From the IMG/VR virus record IMGVR_UViG_3300020048_000016: a DNA stretch of 64,000 nucleotides. One strand, 5' to 3'. Of the stretch, positions 31,205 to 40,618 are shown piece by piece. The position numbers and the translations under genes are program-made. This DNA comes from an uncultured virus (IMG/VR IMGVR_UViG_3300020048_000016). Lineage: Duplodnaviria > Heunggongvirae > Uroviricota > Caudoviricetes. The notes beneath the pieces were generated by a model. That model did no database searches and was not told where the DNA came from. It was given only the letters and a program-made list of their open reading frames with translations. The first letter of the stretch is position 1. The number at the start of each line of letters is the position of its first letter.

Positions 31205-31966
31205 TTAATCTTGTAATGTTTTTATTTCTTCTTTATGTTTAGCAATTCTATCATTTATCAAATCATAGTAATTCTTATCTAATTCAATTGCAATATATTT
31301 TCTTTTTGAATTAATACTAGCAATTGCCGTTGTACCAGAACCTGCTGCGTTATCAAGAACAACATCACCTTCATTAGTGTAAGTTCTTATCAACCATTCA
31401 AGACAATCTATACTTTTCTCAGTTCTATGTTGAGCAACTGAAGGATGTGGTTTTTGAAAAGATAAAATAGATTTAGGATGTTTTTGTGTAGATCCTGCTC
31501 TATTATCATCAGTCATTTCAAATGCGCCATAGTTAGAGTTTTTATGTTCCTTATCCATATAAGTTTTACCTTTTGAATGAAGAGGTTTACCAATAGTGTA
31601 TTGTGGATTATAAGTAGGTAATTTCTTATAGAATATTGCAATTTGTTCGTGAACTCTTAAAGGCATTCTATTTGCGTTTAAGAAACCACTAGTTAAATGT
31701 TTATCCCAGATAAGATCATATCTAAATAGTTTTCTTTTTGAATTGATTAGATCAACATAAAATAAACCTTGTGCGAAAAGTACAATAGCACCATTCTCTT
31801 TGATTATTCTTTCATACTCTTTCCAAAGTTTATCCAAAGGAATAACAACGTCTTTTTGATTTTGAGTTGTACCGTAAGGTAAATCACACAAAATCATATC
31901 AATTGAACCATCTGGTATATTTTTCATAACTTCCAGACAATCTCCGTGTATAACACTATTGCTCAT
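31205..31966 (-). CDS. N4/N6 DNA methyltransferase (beta class)
   Basis: DLPYG, H.TEKS, VLDNAAGSGTT. Confidence 0.92.
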   Translation of the reverse strand: MSNSVIHGDCLEVMKNIPDGSIDMILCDLPYGTTQNQKDVVIPLDKLWKEYERIIKENGAIVLFAQGLFYVDLINSKRKLFRYDLIWDKHLTSGFLNANRMPLRVHEQIAIFYKKLPTYNPQYTIGKPLHSKGKTYMDKEHKNSNYGAFEMTDDNRAGSTQKHPKSILSFQKPHPSVAQHRTEKSIDCLEWLIRTYTNEGDVVLDNAAGSGTTAIASINSKRKYIAIELDKNYYDLINDRIAKHKEEIKTLQD

Positions 31967-32144
31967 AAATTTTATTTATTTTTTCTTTTCTTATTTTTTC
32001 TTTATTGAAACCAAGCAAATCAGCAATCCAATCTCTATTAAAATATGGTTTTCCGGAATCATCAGATACACTACTTAAATCATTGAATATATTTATTCTT
32101 TTCATTAATAAATCTGTTTTAGATTTCTCATCATTCAATTCCAT
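31956..32144 (-). CDS. small protein resembling a portal C-terminal segment, plus tag
   Basis: DLLMKRINIF...KPYFNRDWIADLLG; ends IRKEKINKIYEQ. Confidence 0.5.
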   Translation of the reverse strand: MELNDEKSKTDLLMKRINIFNDLSSVSDDSGKPYFNRDWIADLLGFNKEKIRKEKINKIYEQ

Positions 32145-32313
32145 ATACTCTATATATTTTTTTCATACGACGGTAATTTTTCTCCTGAAAGATTTCCGAT
32201 AATGCCTGACTTACTTGTTGAGAGGTTATGATATAGTTTGCAGCACCACTACTACTCATTTTATTGATGTAATTAGAAGACTGCAATACTTTATCATATA
32301 AACTCTGTGTCAT
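32131..32313 (-). CDS. small protein resembling a major capsid protein segment, plus tag
   Basis: LYDKVLQSSNYINKMSSSGAANYIITSQQVSQAL; ends RRMKKIYRVYGIE. Confidence 0.55.
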   Translation of the reverse strand: MTQSLYDKVLQSSNYINKMSSSGAANYIITSQQVSQALSEIFQEKNYRRMKKIYRVYGIE

Positions 32314-32873
32314 TATTTCACTTTGTCAATTTTTAAAACTTCAATCTCAATCAAATTCATTCTTCCGAATATTGATACCGCAACTTTAACTTTATCTCCT
32401 TTGATTGATTCAATTTTACCATTGAATGTACTGAATGGACCATCTAAGATCGTTACTTCTTCACCAACGATATATCTAGATACTTCTTCTTCTTTAACTT
32501 CTTTTGATGCTTCATGATCACCGATCATTCTACTTACTTCAGATTGAGTAAGAGGTAAAATATCACCTGCTCTATTTGTTAGAAAGCCAGTTGCACCATT
32601 AACACCTTTTAAAAAGTATTTTAATTCACCAACTGCTGCGGTTTCAACGAAAATATAACCTGGAAATTTTACTTTCTCTCTTTGTATTTTCTTACCATTC
32701 TTTAAATAAGAACTATGCTCAACTGGTACTATTACATTACTCAATTTACCCATTAGATCACCTACTTCTGATTCTTTCTTTAACTTCTCAGCAACAGATC
32801 TCTCTTTGTTACCAGCAGCACGAACTACATACCAAGATGTAGTAGTTTTTCTTTTTGTCGTTATCTCACTCAT
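32313..32873 (-). CDS. nusG: transcription factor NusG
   Basis: WYVV...KE, FPGYIFVE, KOW motif VTILDGPFSTFNGKI, VSIFGR. Confidence 0.93.
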   Translation of the reverse strand: MSEITTKRKTTTSWYVVRAAGNKERSVAEKLKKESEVGDLMGKLSNVIVPVEHSSYLKNGKKIQREKVKFPGYIFVETAAVGELKYFLKGVNGATGFLTNRAGDILPLTQSEVSRMIGDHEASKEVKEEEVSRYIVGEEVTILDGPFSTFNGKIESIKGDKVKVAVSIFGRMNLIEIEVLKIDKVK

Positions 32874-32884
32874 ATTATTGTATT

Positions 32885-33295
32885 TTAATTTCCTTTTTCT
32901 AACTTCTTAAAGTAAGCAAGTTCCTCTTTTATAAAATCTGGAAACTTTCTAATTAAATAGTCTAGATCGAATTGATCAACTCTTAATCCTTTTAAAAGAA
33001 GTTTATAATCTTTCTCTGGTAATTCTTTTTCCTGCTTAGGTGTTTTAGACCAGAAGTTACTTGGATATGGTTGAGTTTTCATAAAATGAAACCATAAATC
33101 CATTGCCAACACTTTATCTATATTTTTTAGATTCAAAAGTTGAGCTTTTTCAGGATATAATTTGGAGAAATAGCGATTATAAATAAAAAAGAATTCACTT
33201 TTTACCTCATCGCTAATTTTATCTCCATTATTATTATATATCCAATCTTTTTTAAACTTGAACATCGCATTTGCGACATCTGTTATTCCTGCCAT
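32885..33295 (-). CDS. possible clamp-loader small subunit (T4 gp62-like)
   Basis: FIYNRYFS...AQLLN...WFHFM...FWSK pattern loosely resembles gp62; size fits. Confidence 0.35.
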   Translation of the reverse strand: MAGITDVANAMFKFKKDWIYNNNGDKISDEVKSEFFFIYNRYFSKLYPEKAQLLNLKNIDKVLAMDLWFHFMKTQPYPSNFWSKTPKQEKELPEKDYKLLLKGLRVDQFDLDYLIRKFPDFIKEELAYFKKLEKGN

Positions 33296-33702
33296 TATTT
33301 TAGTAAGTTATTAAGTAAATATTCTCTCATCCAAACTTTATCAACAAGTGATAAAAATTCTATTTCAAACAATTTTAGTAATTCCTCATCAGAAAGTTTA
33401 TATTCAAACACAGTATCTATTGGAACATAATCACCATTAACAAGTTTATACTCAAAAATACCAGTTGAATAATTGTAAAATTTACCAACAACCTCAATTC
33501 TTTCCCAATCAAGCAATTTTTCTTTTATCTCGACAAATTTCTTTGGTAACTCACCATCTTTGCAATCAGAAGAGAACCACTCTGAATAATAGCAAATTAT
33601 TCTTATAAGAACCGGGTTTTTAATATCTCTAAATATACCCTCAACTATAGATCTCCACTTCTTTTCGTAATTTTGAAGTTGAGTGTTATCTAATATTCTC
33701 AT
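33295..33702 (-). CDS. hypothetical protein with C-terminal tag
   Basis: EKKWRSIVE near the N-terminus; ends MREYLLNNLLK. Confidence 0.6.
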   Translation of the reverse strand: MRILDNTQLQNYEKKWRSIVEGIFRDIKNPVLIRIICYYSEWFSSDCKDGELPKKFVEIKEKLLDWERIEVVGKFYNYSTGIFEYKLVNGDYVPIDTVFEYKLSDEELLKLFEIEFLSLVDKVWMREYLLNNLLK

Positions 33703-34657
33703 AACCAAATTCCATTTTATCAATAATTTCATCCGGTAAATTATGAAGTCTTAAATCAATAAGTTTGAAATTACCTTTAATATTCTCAACAATATCTTCA
33801 ATCTTAGATTTACTTAATTTCTTTTTCTCACAAATTAAATCAGCGATATTTTCAAGTAAATCTGGATCAGATAAGTTTATTTCACCAAACTCAGTAATAT
33901 AGTTATCATAAATACCCTTAGCACCCTTAGCACCAATACCTCTTGTTTTACCGTTTTTCGTTACATTCCAAACAGAAGAGATGTTGTCACTTTGATCACC
34001 TGATATAATCTTAATGATTAATGATTCGACAGGATCTATCTCATTCAACTCATATTTAGTAATGAAACGATTCATAAGTTCAATAAATTCACTATTATCA
34101 TTCAATGCGAAAATATCATCATTTGGCAACTTCGATACTTTGTTTAAGAAGATCTGGTAGTTTTTAGGTAAGAATAGTTTCTCTTTATTAAACATCTCAT
34201 TACTCATAATGTTGATGTATAAAGGCTCTAAACTATAACTAACTATTTGTTTGATGTCGTAGTCATTCGAAACGATTATAGTTGATCTGTTATTCTCATT
34301 CGCTCTTGTTACCAAGAATGAAATCCAATCATCACCTTCTACGTGTGGTGCTTCTAAAATTTTACAACCGACAACAGATTCTTTGAATTCACCATAAGCA
34401 GTGTAGACAAAATTCCAATCTATGTCTGAGTCTTTTTTACGAGTGGCTTTATAATCACTCGTTAGTTGTTTTCTCCAAGATTTTTCTTTGGAGTCTGATA
34501 CAAGATAGATATTCGCGAACGGATACCATTTTCTGTAATTGTTAATTGTATTCTCAAGTGACTTGTGTAACGCACCAAAAAGAAGATTGTTCTTGTGAAG
34601 TGTGAATACTAGTTTACTTAAAATATAATTTCCGTCGATTATGAGGTCAAGAACCAT
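33686..34657 (-). CDS. 5'-3' exonuclease / RNase H (T4 rnh, FEN family)
   Basis: IIDGNY, SWRK...YKATRK, EGDD, SNDYD, GDQSDNI. Confidence 0.9.
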   Translation of the reverse strand: MVLDLIIDGNYILSKLVFTLHKNNLLFGALHKSLENTINNYRKWYPFANIYLVSDSKEKSWRKQLTSDYKATRKKDSDIDWNFVYTAYGEFKESVVGCKILEAPHVEGDDWISFLVTRANENNRSTIIVSNDYDIKQIVSYSLEPLYINIMSNEMFNKEKLFLPKNYQIFLNKVSKLPNDDIFALNDNSEFIELMNRFITKYELNEIDPVESLIIKIISGDQSDNISSVWNVTKNGKTRGIGAKGAKGIYDNYITEFGEINLSDPDLLENIADLICEKKKLSKSKIEDIVENIKGNFKLIDLRLHNLPDEIIDKMEFGYENIR

Positions 34658-34700
34658 ATAAAATATATTATTTTTATATATATAGAAAAAAAAGTAGATT

Positions 34701-35609
34701 ATGTTGTTAACAAAATTCATAAACATAATAATGAATAGAGGAAATCTTGGATATTATAACCGAGTTATGAATAAAAAATACAAAGTAGGTGATAATGATG
34801 ATATTCCTATGGAACTTATACCTAAAACTATGAATGTTGATGTCGATGTTGAATGTGATATATGTAAATCAAAAATGATAAAAAATTATAAAACATACAA
34901 CTCCTGCCTAGAATATGGTTTCTATAGTTGCAATAAATGCAAACACATAAAAAGAAAAATGACAAATAAAGAAAAATATGGTGATGAGAATTTTATCAAT
35001 ATTGATAAAAGAAAAGATACTATGAGTGATAGGTATGGTTTTTATAACAACAACCGAGAAAAAAGTAAGACTACTTGTATTGATAAATATGGTGAGGATA
35101 ATGTATCTAAGGTAGATTCTGTTAAAAATAAAAAGAAAGAAACCAATAATAAAAATTGGGGTGTAGATAACGTATTTCAATCAGATGAAATTAAGAGAAG
35201 ATCAGATATAACAATGTTTAAAAATCACGGTGTAAATAGAGCACTACAAAATATCGATTTATTTAATAAGGCTCAAATAAGTGGATTTAAAATAAAAAGA
35301 TATAAGGATATTGGCTATTATAGAGGTAAATATGAATTAGACTTCTTAGAATATTGTGATGAAAATAATATAATAGTTACCAATGGTCCATCAGTAAGAT
35401 ATATTTATAATGATGTCAATAAAGTATATCATTCTGACTTTTATATAAAAAATGAAAATTTGATATGTGAAATAAAATCATCATATACATATAATTATAA
35501 CAAAGAATTAAACGACGCTAAAAGAGAAAGTTGTATAGAAAATGGTTACAATTTTATATTTATAATTGATAAGGATTATAGCGAATTGAGCAAAATAATA
35601 AATAAATAA
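34701..35609 (+). CDS. free-standing putative homing-type endonuclease (Zn ribbon, KYG repeats, PD-(D/E)XK domain)
   Basis: CDIC/CNKC; repeated K.T..(E/D)(K/R)YG..N; YHSDFY...ICEIKS; opposite strand to neighbours. Confidence 0.65.
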   Translation: MLLTKFINIIMNRGNLGYYNRVMNKKYKVGDNDDIPMELIPKTMNVDVDVECDICKSKMIKNYKTYNSCLEYGFYSCNKCKHIKRKMTNKEKYGDENFINIDKRKDTMSDRYGFYNNNREKSKTTCIDKYGEDNVSKVDSVKNKKKETNNKNWGVDNVFQSDEIKRRSDITMFKNHGVNRALQNIDLFNKAQISGFKIKRYKDIGYYRGKYELDFLEYCDENNIIVTNGPSVRYIYNDVNKVYHSDFYIKNENLICEIKSSYTYNYNKELNDAKRESCIENGYNFIFIIDKDYSELSKIINK

Positions 35610-36149
35610 TTATTTCATAATCAGATTTATTTGAATTTCTCGCCAGAGAGCATTATAATCCTCTCTGATATCTCTATCATATTGATAGATATCTTGTCCT
35701 TTACTATGATACCAATCCCTCCAATGATTATTTGCTTTCTCTTTAACCTCTTCGTATAATTCTTTCATAAGGTCAAAACAGTCTTCTTTTTCAACCCATT
35801 CACATAAATTTTGAATAAGATCAAATTGAATCTTTTCAAATTCTGTTTTGAAGTTTCTTGTTATATAAGTTAAGAAGTAATGATAGATGATCTTATCTTT
35901 ATAATCATCAACACCTTTTGGATTCATTAAATCGGGATAACACATATAGAACTCAATATCTAAAGACATCAAGTGTTTTATTAATTTAGAAATTCCTTTA
36001 TGTATTCTGTGATCCAAACTAACAAATACGACATCCGTATCTGCGTCAATATAGCAGATAGGTATCTTTAAATACTTCTTAAAAAATAATGTGTTCTTAT
36101 CTACGATCCAATTAGAACTATTATCTGGTATTAAATCATTTAAGTCCAT
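35610..36149 (-). CDS. hypothetical protein with C-terminal tag
   Basis: Ends WREIQINLIMK. Confidence 0.6.
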   Translation of the reverse strand: MDLNDLIPDNSSNWIVDKNTLFFKKYLKIPICYIDADTDVVFVSLDHRIHKGISKLIKHLMSLDIEFYMCYPDLMNPKGVDDYKDKIIYHYFLTYITRNFKTEFEKIQFDLIQNLCEWVEKEDCFDLMKELYEEVKEKANNHWRDWYHSKGQDIYQYDRDIREDYNALWREIQINLIMK

Positions 36150-36474
36150 ATTCTCTCTTTATTCTAATTAATAATCTATTATTAAACTCTCTTGTATCTG
36201 GTGTATTACCTGGTCTACCCCAGCGATGATTTCTTCCTCTTATTGATTTATTTGGCGAATACTTTAAACCTTCTCCCGTGTATCTCCAAGGTGAACCAAT
36301 TGACTTCAAATTAAAATGCTGATGTGTATTTAGATAATCCATCCAATTTGGATTTTCTACTACATATCCGGCACAATCTTTATATTTATAAAAATTCATA
36401 TCCCTCGAAAAACTTTTAATTTTACGAACAAGTATTTTATCATTGGTATGTCTGCGCCAAGCACGATCTCTCAT
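36136..36474 (-). CDS. basic hypothetical protein
   Basis: MRDRAWRRH; TATCTTTG(-) at 36482. Confidence 0.6.
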   Translation of the reverse strand: MRDRAWRRHTNDKILVRKIKSFSRDMNFYKYKDCAGYVVENPNWMDYLNTHQHFNLKSIGSPWRYTGEGLKYSPNKSIRGRNHRWGRPGNTPDTREFNNRLLIRIKREYGLK

Positions 36475-36495
36475 AATCTTGCAAAGATACGGAAA

Positions 36496-36894
36496 TTAAT
36501 TTAGAATATCACCTATTTTTAAATCTCTTCTCAATGAATTTAAATATGAAGTTGAATCATAAAAATCAACATCAATATAGAAATCCTTAAATGTTTTTAT
36601 TTTATATGTGAATTTAAAAAATTTATCTATACTACCAAAATCAACATCTCCTAGTTCAAAAATACATGTTTTTATTATATCACCTTTCCTATTATACTGT
36701 TTAAGTACCGCGATTTTAATATCTCTCGAATCATTAAATGTAAATTCATTTCTATTAATATCAAGCATAATTGAAAAATTATTACCCAATACATTTGTGT
36801 TATCAGGTGTAAATGAAATTTCTTTTAAATCTTTGTTAATAAATAAAACATCAACTACTGTTGTATCATTTTTATTATAATTAAATCCAATCAT
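36496..36894 (-). CDS. protein with a tail-tube-like segment and C-terminal tag
   Basis: AVLKQYNRKGDIIKT; ends RRDLKIGDILN. Confidence 0.55.
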   Translation of the reverse strand: MIGFNYNKNDTTVVDVLFINKDLKEISFTPDNTNVLGNNFSIMLDINRNEFTFNDSRDIKIAVLKQYNRKGDIIKTCIFELGDVDFGSIDKFFKFTYKIKTFKDFYIDVDFYDSTSYLNSLRRDLKIGDILN

Positions 36895-38741
36895 TATTTC
36901 AATAATTCATTTTTTCTAAGATCAGCATTTTTACCGAACCAAATATTAAGTGATTCAGAAGATAAATCATCCTTAGTTATTAATACTAATCTAGGTTTAT
37001 TTATGATATCATCATATTCATCATCCACAAGTGCTGCTAAACCTTTCTTATAGTTTATCTCCCAATCTTTTAAATTAGCAGTCTCACCCCAAGTATCATA
37101 CTCATTTTGTGTATAGAAAAATAATTTATTTTTCTTCTTAGTTTTAGAAACAGAAACTACAAGTGGTGTATCTACTTTATAAATCATTTTTCGATCATAC
37201 ATATCCGGCCAATATTTATAAAAGAAGTTTAAAAGTGACCCAGTGATCGAATCACCATCGACATCAGCATCAGTGTATATCAAAATTCGACCATATCTCA
37301 ATTCTTTTATATCAATTGATTGTCCTAATTTCAAACCAATACAAGCCATTAAATCAACAGCTTCTTTATTCTCAACTAATTTCTTATTTGTTATTTCAGA
37401 TACATTTATAAACTTACCACCTAATGAGAAAGAACCCATTAACTCTGGTGTTCTATACTTTCTAAATGCAGAATTCGCAGAATCGCCTTCGAAAAGTGCT
37501 AATGAACATTTCCATCGATCTTTACCTTTAGCATCAATCAATTTCTCAACTTTAACTTTTGAAAGTTTTTTATTTAATTCTCTTTGTAATTTGTTATCAT
37601 CTGCATTTTTCTTTTGCTGAATCCAGTCTAGTATAGAATTAACGATTTCCGATTTCAATATAGATTGAATCAACTTAGTACTTACTTCAAAAGTAGAACC
37701 AAATTCTTTAACCTCTGTAATTAACTTCTCTTTTGTCTGTGATGAGAATGATGGGTTTATAATAGTTGCATCTAAGAATAAGAAAATATGACTTTTCAAT
37801 TCAGATGGTTTGATATCAACTTTGTGCTTTTTTAAGAAAAACTCTCTCAGTTGTACAATGATCTGATTCATAATATAATCAACGTGTGTACCACCATCAT
37901 ATGTTTCTGTAACATTTGCAAAACTAACTTGTTGAAATCCATTTTGTGAATGTGCAATACCTAATGACCAAGATTTATCTTTTTTACACTCAATAAAATA
38001 TTCAGGTGTGTATAACTTAATGTAATCCTCAAATGAATTTATATTAATCAAATTGCCATTGAAATACATTTTTAAACTGGTGTTACAAGCAGCGATATCA
38101 TATATTCTTTTCTCGATCATTTTTAAATGATCTTCATCAATATTAGTTAGTCCAAATTTTTCTAGATCAGGTATATATGTTATTTCAGTGTGATTTGCTT
38201 TTGATTTTTTGATAACCGGTTTAGTTCTTTCTCTCATATTACTTGAAAAAACTTGTAAGAAATGATTCTTACCATCACAAGAAGAAACCGTAAATTCCTT
38301 TGAAAAAACATTTGATAATTTTGCACCTAAACCATTTGTACCAGCAACTGTTCTTTCTTCTGTATCATCATAGTTAGAACCAGACATAAGATTTCCAAAT
38401 ATAACTTCTGGTACATATTGTCCGTGTTCTTTATGGATAACGATTGGAATACCACCATTATCTCTTACTGAGATCTTATTTTCTGTTAAATCTATGTTTA
38501 TGTCTATTCTGTTAAGACTTGGATTTCTTTTATGCTCATCGACCGAATTCGTAACAACCTCATCAAATATTTTTAAAAATGATGGTATATAAGTAACTTC
38601 TCTTTGAATCATCTTATCTTCTTCGAATATCCACTTAACTACTGTACTTGGTTTATTAGAACCAACATATGTACCTGGTCTCAAAAGAATGTGACTTATC
38701 TGATCTAGAACTTTATATTTATCTTCTATTTTTTTACTCAT
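36894..38741 (-). CDS. type IIA topoisomerase ATPase/TOPRIM subunit (T4 gp39+gp60-like)
   Basis: HILLRPGTYVGS, EVVTNSVDE, GTNGLGAKLSN, EGDSA, DADVDG, YKKGL. Confidence 0.95.
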   Translation of the reverse strand: MSKKIEDKYKVLDQISHILLRPGTYVGSNKPSTVVKWIFEEDKMIQREVTYIPSFLKIFDEVVTNSVDEHKRNPSLNRIDINIDLTENKISVRDNGGIPIVIHKEHGQYVPEVIFGNLMSGSNYDDTEERTVAGTNGLGAKLSNVFSKEFTVSSCDGKNHFLQVFSSNMRERTKPVIKKSKANHTEITYIPDLEKFGLTNIDEDHLKMIEKRIYDIAACNTSLKMYFNGNLININSFEDYIKLYTPEYFIECKKDKSWSLGIAHSQNGFQQVSFANVTETYDGGTHVDYIMNQIIVQLREFFLKKHKVDIKPSELKSHIFLFLDATIINPSFSSQTKEKLITEVKEFGSTFEVSTKLIQSILKSEIVNSILDWIQQKKNADDNKLQRELNKKLSKVKVEKLIDAKGKDRWKCSLALFEGDSANSAFRKYRTPELMGSFSLGGKFINVSEITNKKLVENKEAVDLMACIGLKLGQSIDIKELRYGRILIYTDADVDGDSITGSLLNFFYKYWPDMYDRKMIYKVDTPLVVSVSKTKKKNKLFFYTQNEYDTWGETANLKDWEINYKKGLAALVDDEYDDIINKPRLVLITKDDLSSESLNIWFGKNADLRKNELLK

Positions 38742-38836
38742 TTTAAATAGTAATTTTTTCTATATAGTAAAAAAAAATTATTAGGTTTATAAATGTAAAA
38801 CATAAAACAAACAATTTTTTTAGTATATATAGTTTT

Positions 38837-40241
38837 ATGAATCAAAAAAGTATAACCAATTTTTTATCAAATGAATATAAGGGTTTTGCTTTCTATGTTA
38901 TAGAAAATAGAGCTATACCAAATGTTATTGATTTTTACACATGGGAGAAATTAACTACTGGAGCANNNNNNNNNNGCTCTTCCATCTGTAATTGATGGGT
39001 TTAAACCGACACAACGTAAAATAATACACGTTTGTAGTCAGATATGGAAGACAGGTGCTGAGAAACCTCTTAAAGTCTTCCAATTAGGTGGTAAAGTAGC
39101 AAGTGATGCTTTTTATCATCACGGTAATATGTCACTTGAAAATGCTATTGTAACAATGGCTCAGAAGTTTAAAAACAACGCTGCTTTATTAGAAGAAGTT
39201 GGACAATACGGATCTTTAAGATCACCACAAGCAGGTGCACCTAGATATATCGGAACTAAACTAAATAACAATTTTAAACTAATTTATAAAGATTCTGACT
39301 TATTAGAATTTAAAGAAGAAGAAGGTGAATCAATTGAACCACATTATTTTCTTCCTATCATACCAATGGTTTTAATAAATGGATCTTCTGGTATCGCGGT
39401 TGGTTTCGCGATGAACATTCTAAATAGAGATATCAAAAGTGTTACAGAAGCTTGTATAAATACACTTAAAGGTAAAGGTATAACTGAGATTAAACCATCT
39501 ATAAACGAATTCAGTGGTGAATTCATACAAGATATAGAAAACAATAAAAGATGGATAATAAGAGGTAAATTTCAACGAGTTAATACATCAACAGTTAGAA
39601 TTACTGAGTTACCACCATCAATGACCTATGAGAAGTATGAAGCAATCTTAGATAAATTGTGCGACGATAAAGTTATTGTTTCATATGATAACAATTGTAA
39701 AGATAATATCGATTATGTTATAAAATTCACACGTGCTGAGTTGGAGAAAATAACAGATGAGAAATTAATTAAAATATTTAAACTAGAGGAATACTCAACT
39801 GAGATATTCTCTACGCTAGATGAGTTTGGTAAATTAAAAATATTCGAAAACACATCTGACATAATCAGATATTTTGTTAATTTCAGACTTGAATACTATC
39901 ACAAGAGAAAAGAGTTTATGTTGAACAAGATGAGACATGATCTTAAAGTTCTTTCTAATAGAGGTAGATTTATCAAAGCAATCTTAGATGAGAAATTAAA
40001 AGTTAATAATGTTTCTAAACCAGATATTATAAAAGGTATCGAAGAAATGAATCTAGAACAAATAGATGGTAACTATGACTACTTATTGAGAATGCCGATC
40101 TACTCTTTAACAAAAGAATTATTCGAAAAGTTAAAAGCAGATTTTACCGCAAAGAAAGAAGAAATTAAAGTATTAGAAGAAACAGATCCAAAAGATATGT
40201 ACCTTCTAGATTTAGATGAACTTAAAAAGAAATTTAAATAA
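38837..40241 (+). CDS. type IIA topoisomerase cleavage subunit (T4 gp52-like), interrupted by an assembly gap
   Basis: 5' part MNQK...IENRAIPNVID; after the gap ALPSVIDGFKPTQRK, YHHG, GAPRYI (catalytic Tyr), GIAVGF. Confidence 0.92.
38966..38975. other. scaffold gap (10 N)
   Basis: N-run. Confidence 1.
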
Positions 40242-40576
40242 TGGTAGACGTAATTTCTATTATAGAAGATTTTAAAAATTACACATTTGATAGAAAATAT
40301 GATATGATATTCTCTATGGATGATGAATACTACGAAATTATTGAGATTAGAGATAAAATACAAGATGTAAATAAAATGCCAGATTATATTAAGAATGATT
40401 GGTATAAGTATAATAGTATTCCTCTAACCGAAAAAACATTAGATAAACATTTAGCAGATGCTGAAGAAAACATAAAAAGACCTCGTTCAGTAAGAAACGA
40501 TGTAGATCCAGAAATGGATAAATTAAAAGAACTTAGAGCACTCAAAAGAAATTTTAAAATAGATAGTATATTATAA
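40241..40576 (+). CDS. hypothetical protein with C-terminal tag
   Basis: Ends KRNFKIDSIL. Confidence 0.6.
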   Translation: MVDVISIIEDFKNYTFDRKYDMIFSMDDEYYEIIEIRDKIQDVNKMPDYIKNDWYKYNSIPLTEKTLDKHLADAEENIKRPRSVRNDVDPEMDKLKELRALKRNFKIDSIL

Positions 40577-40618
40577 TTTTATTTTACCTATATTTGTATT
40601 TAATTTAAAATAAATAAT

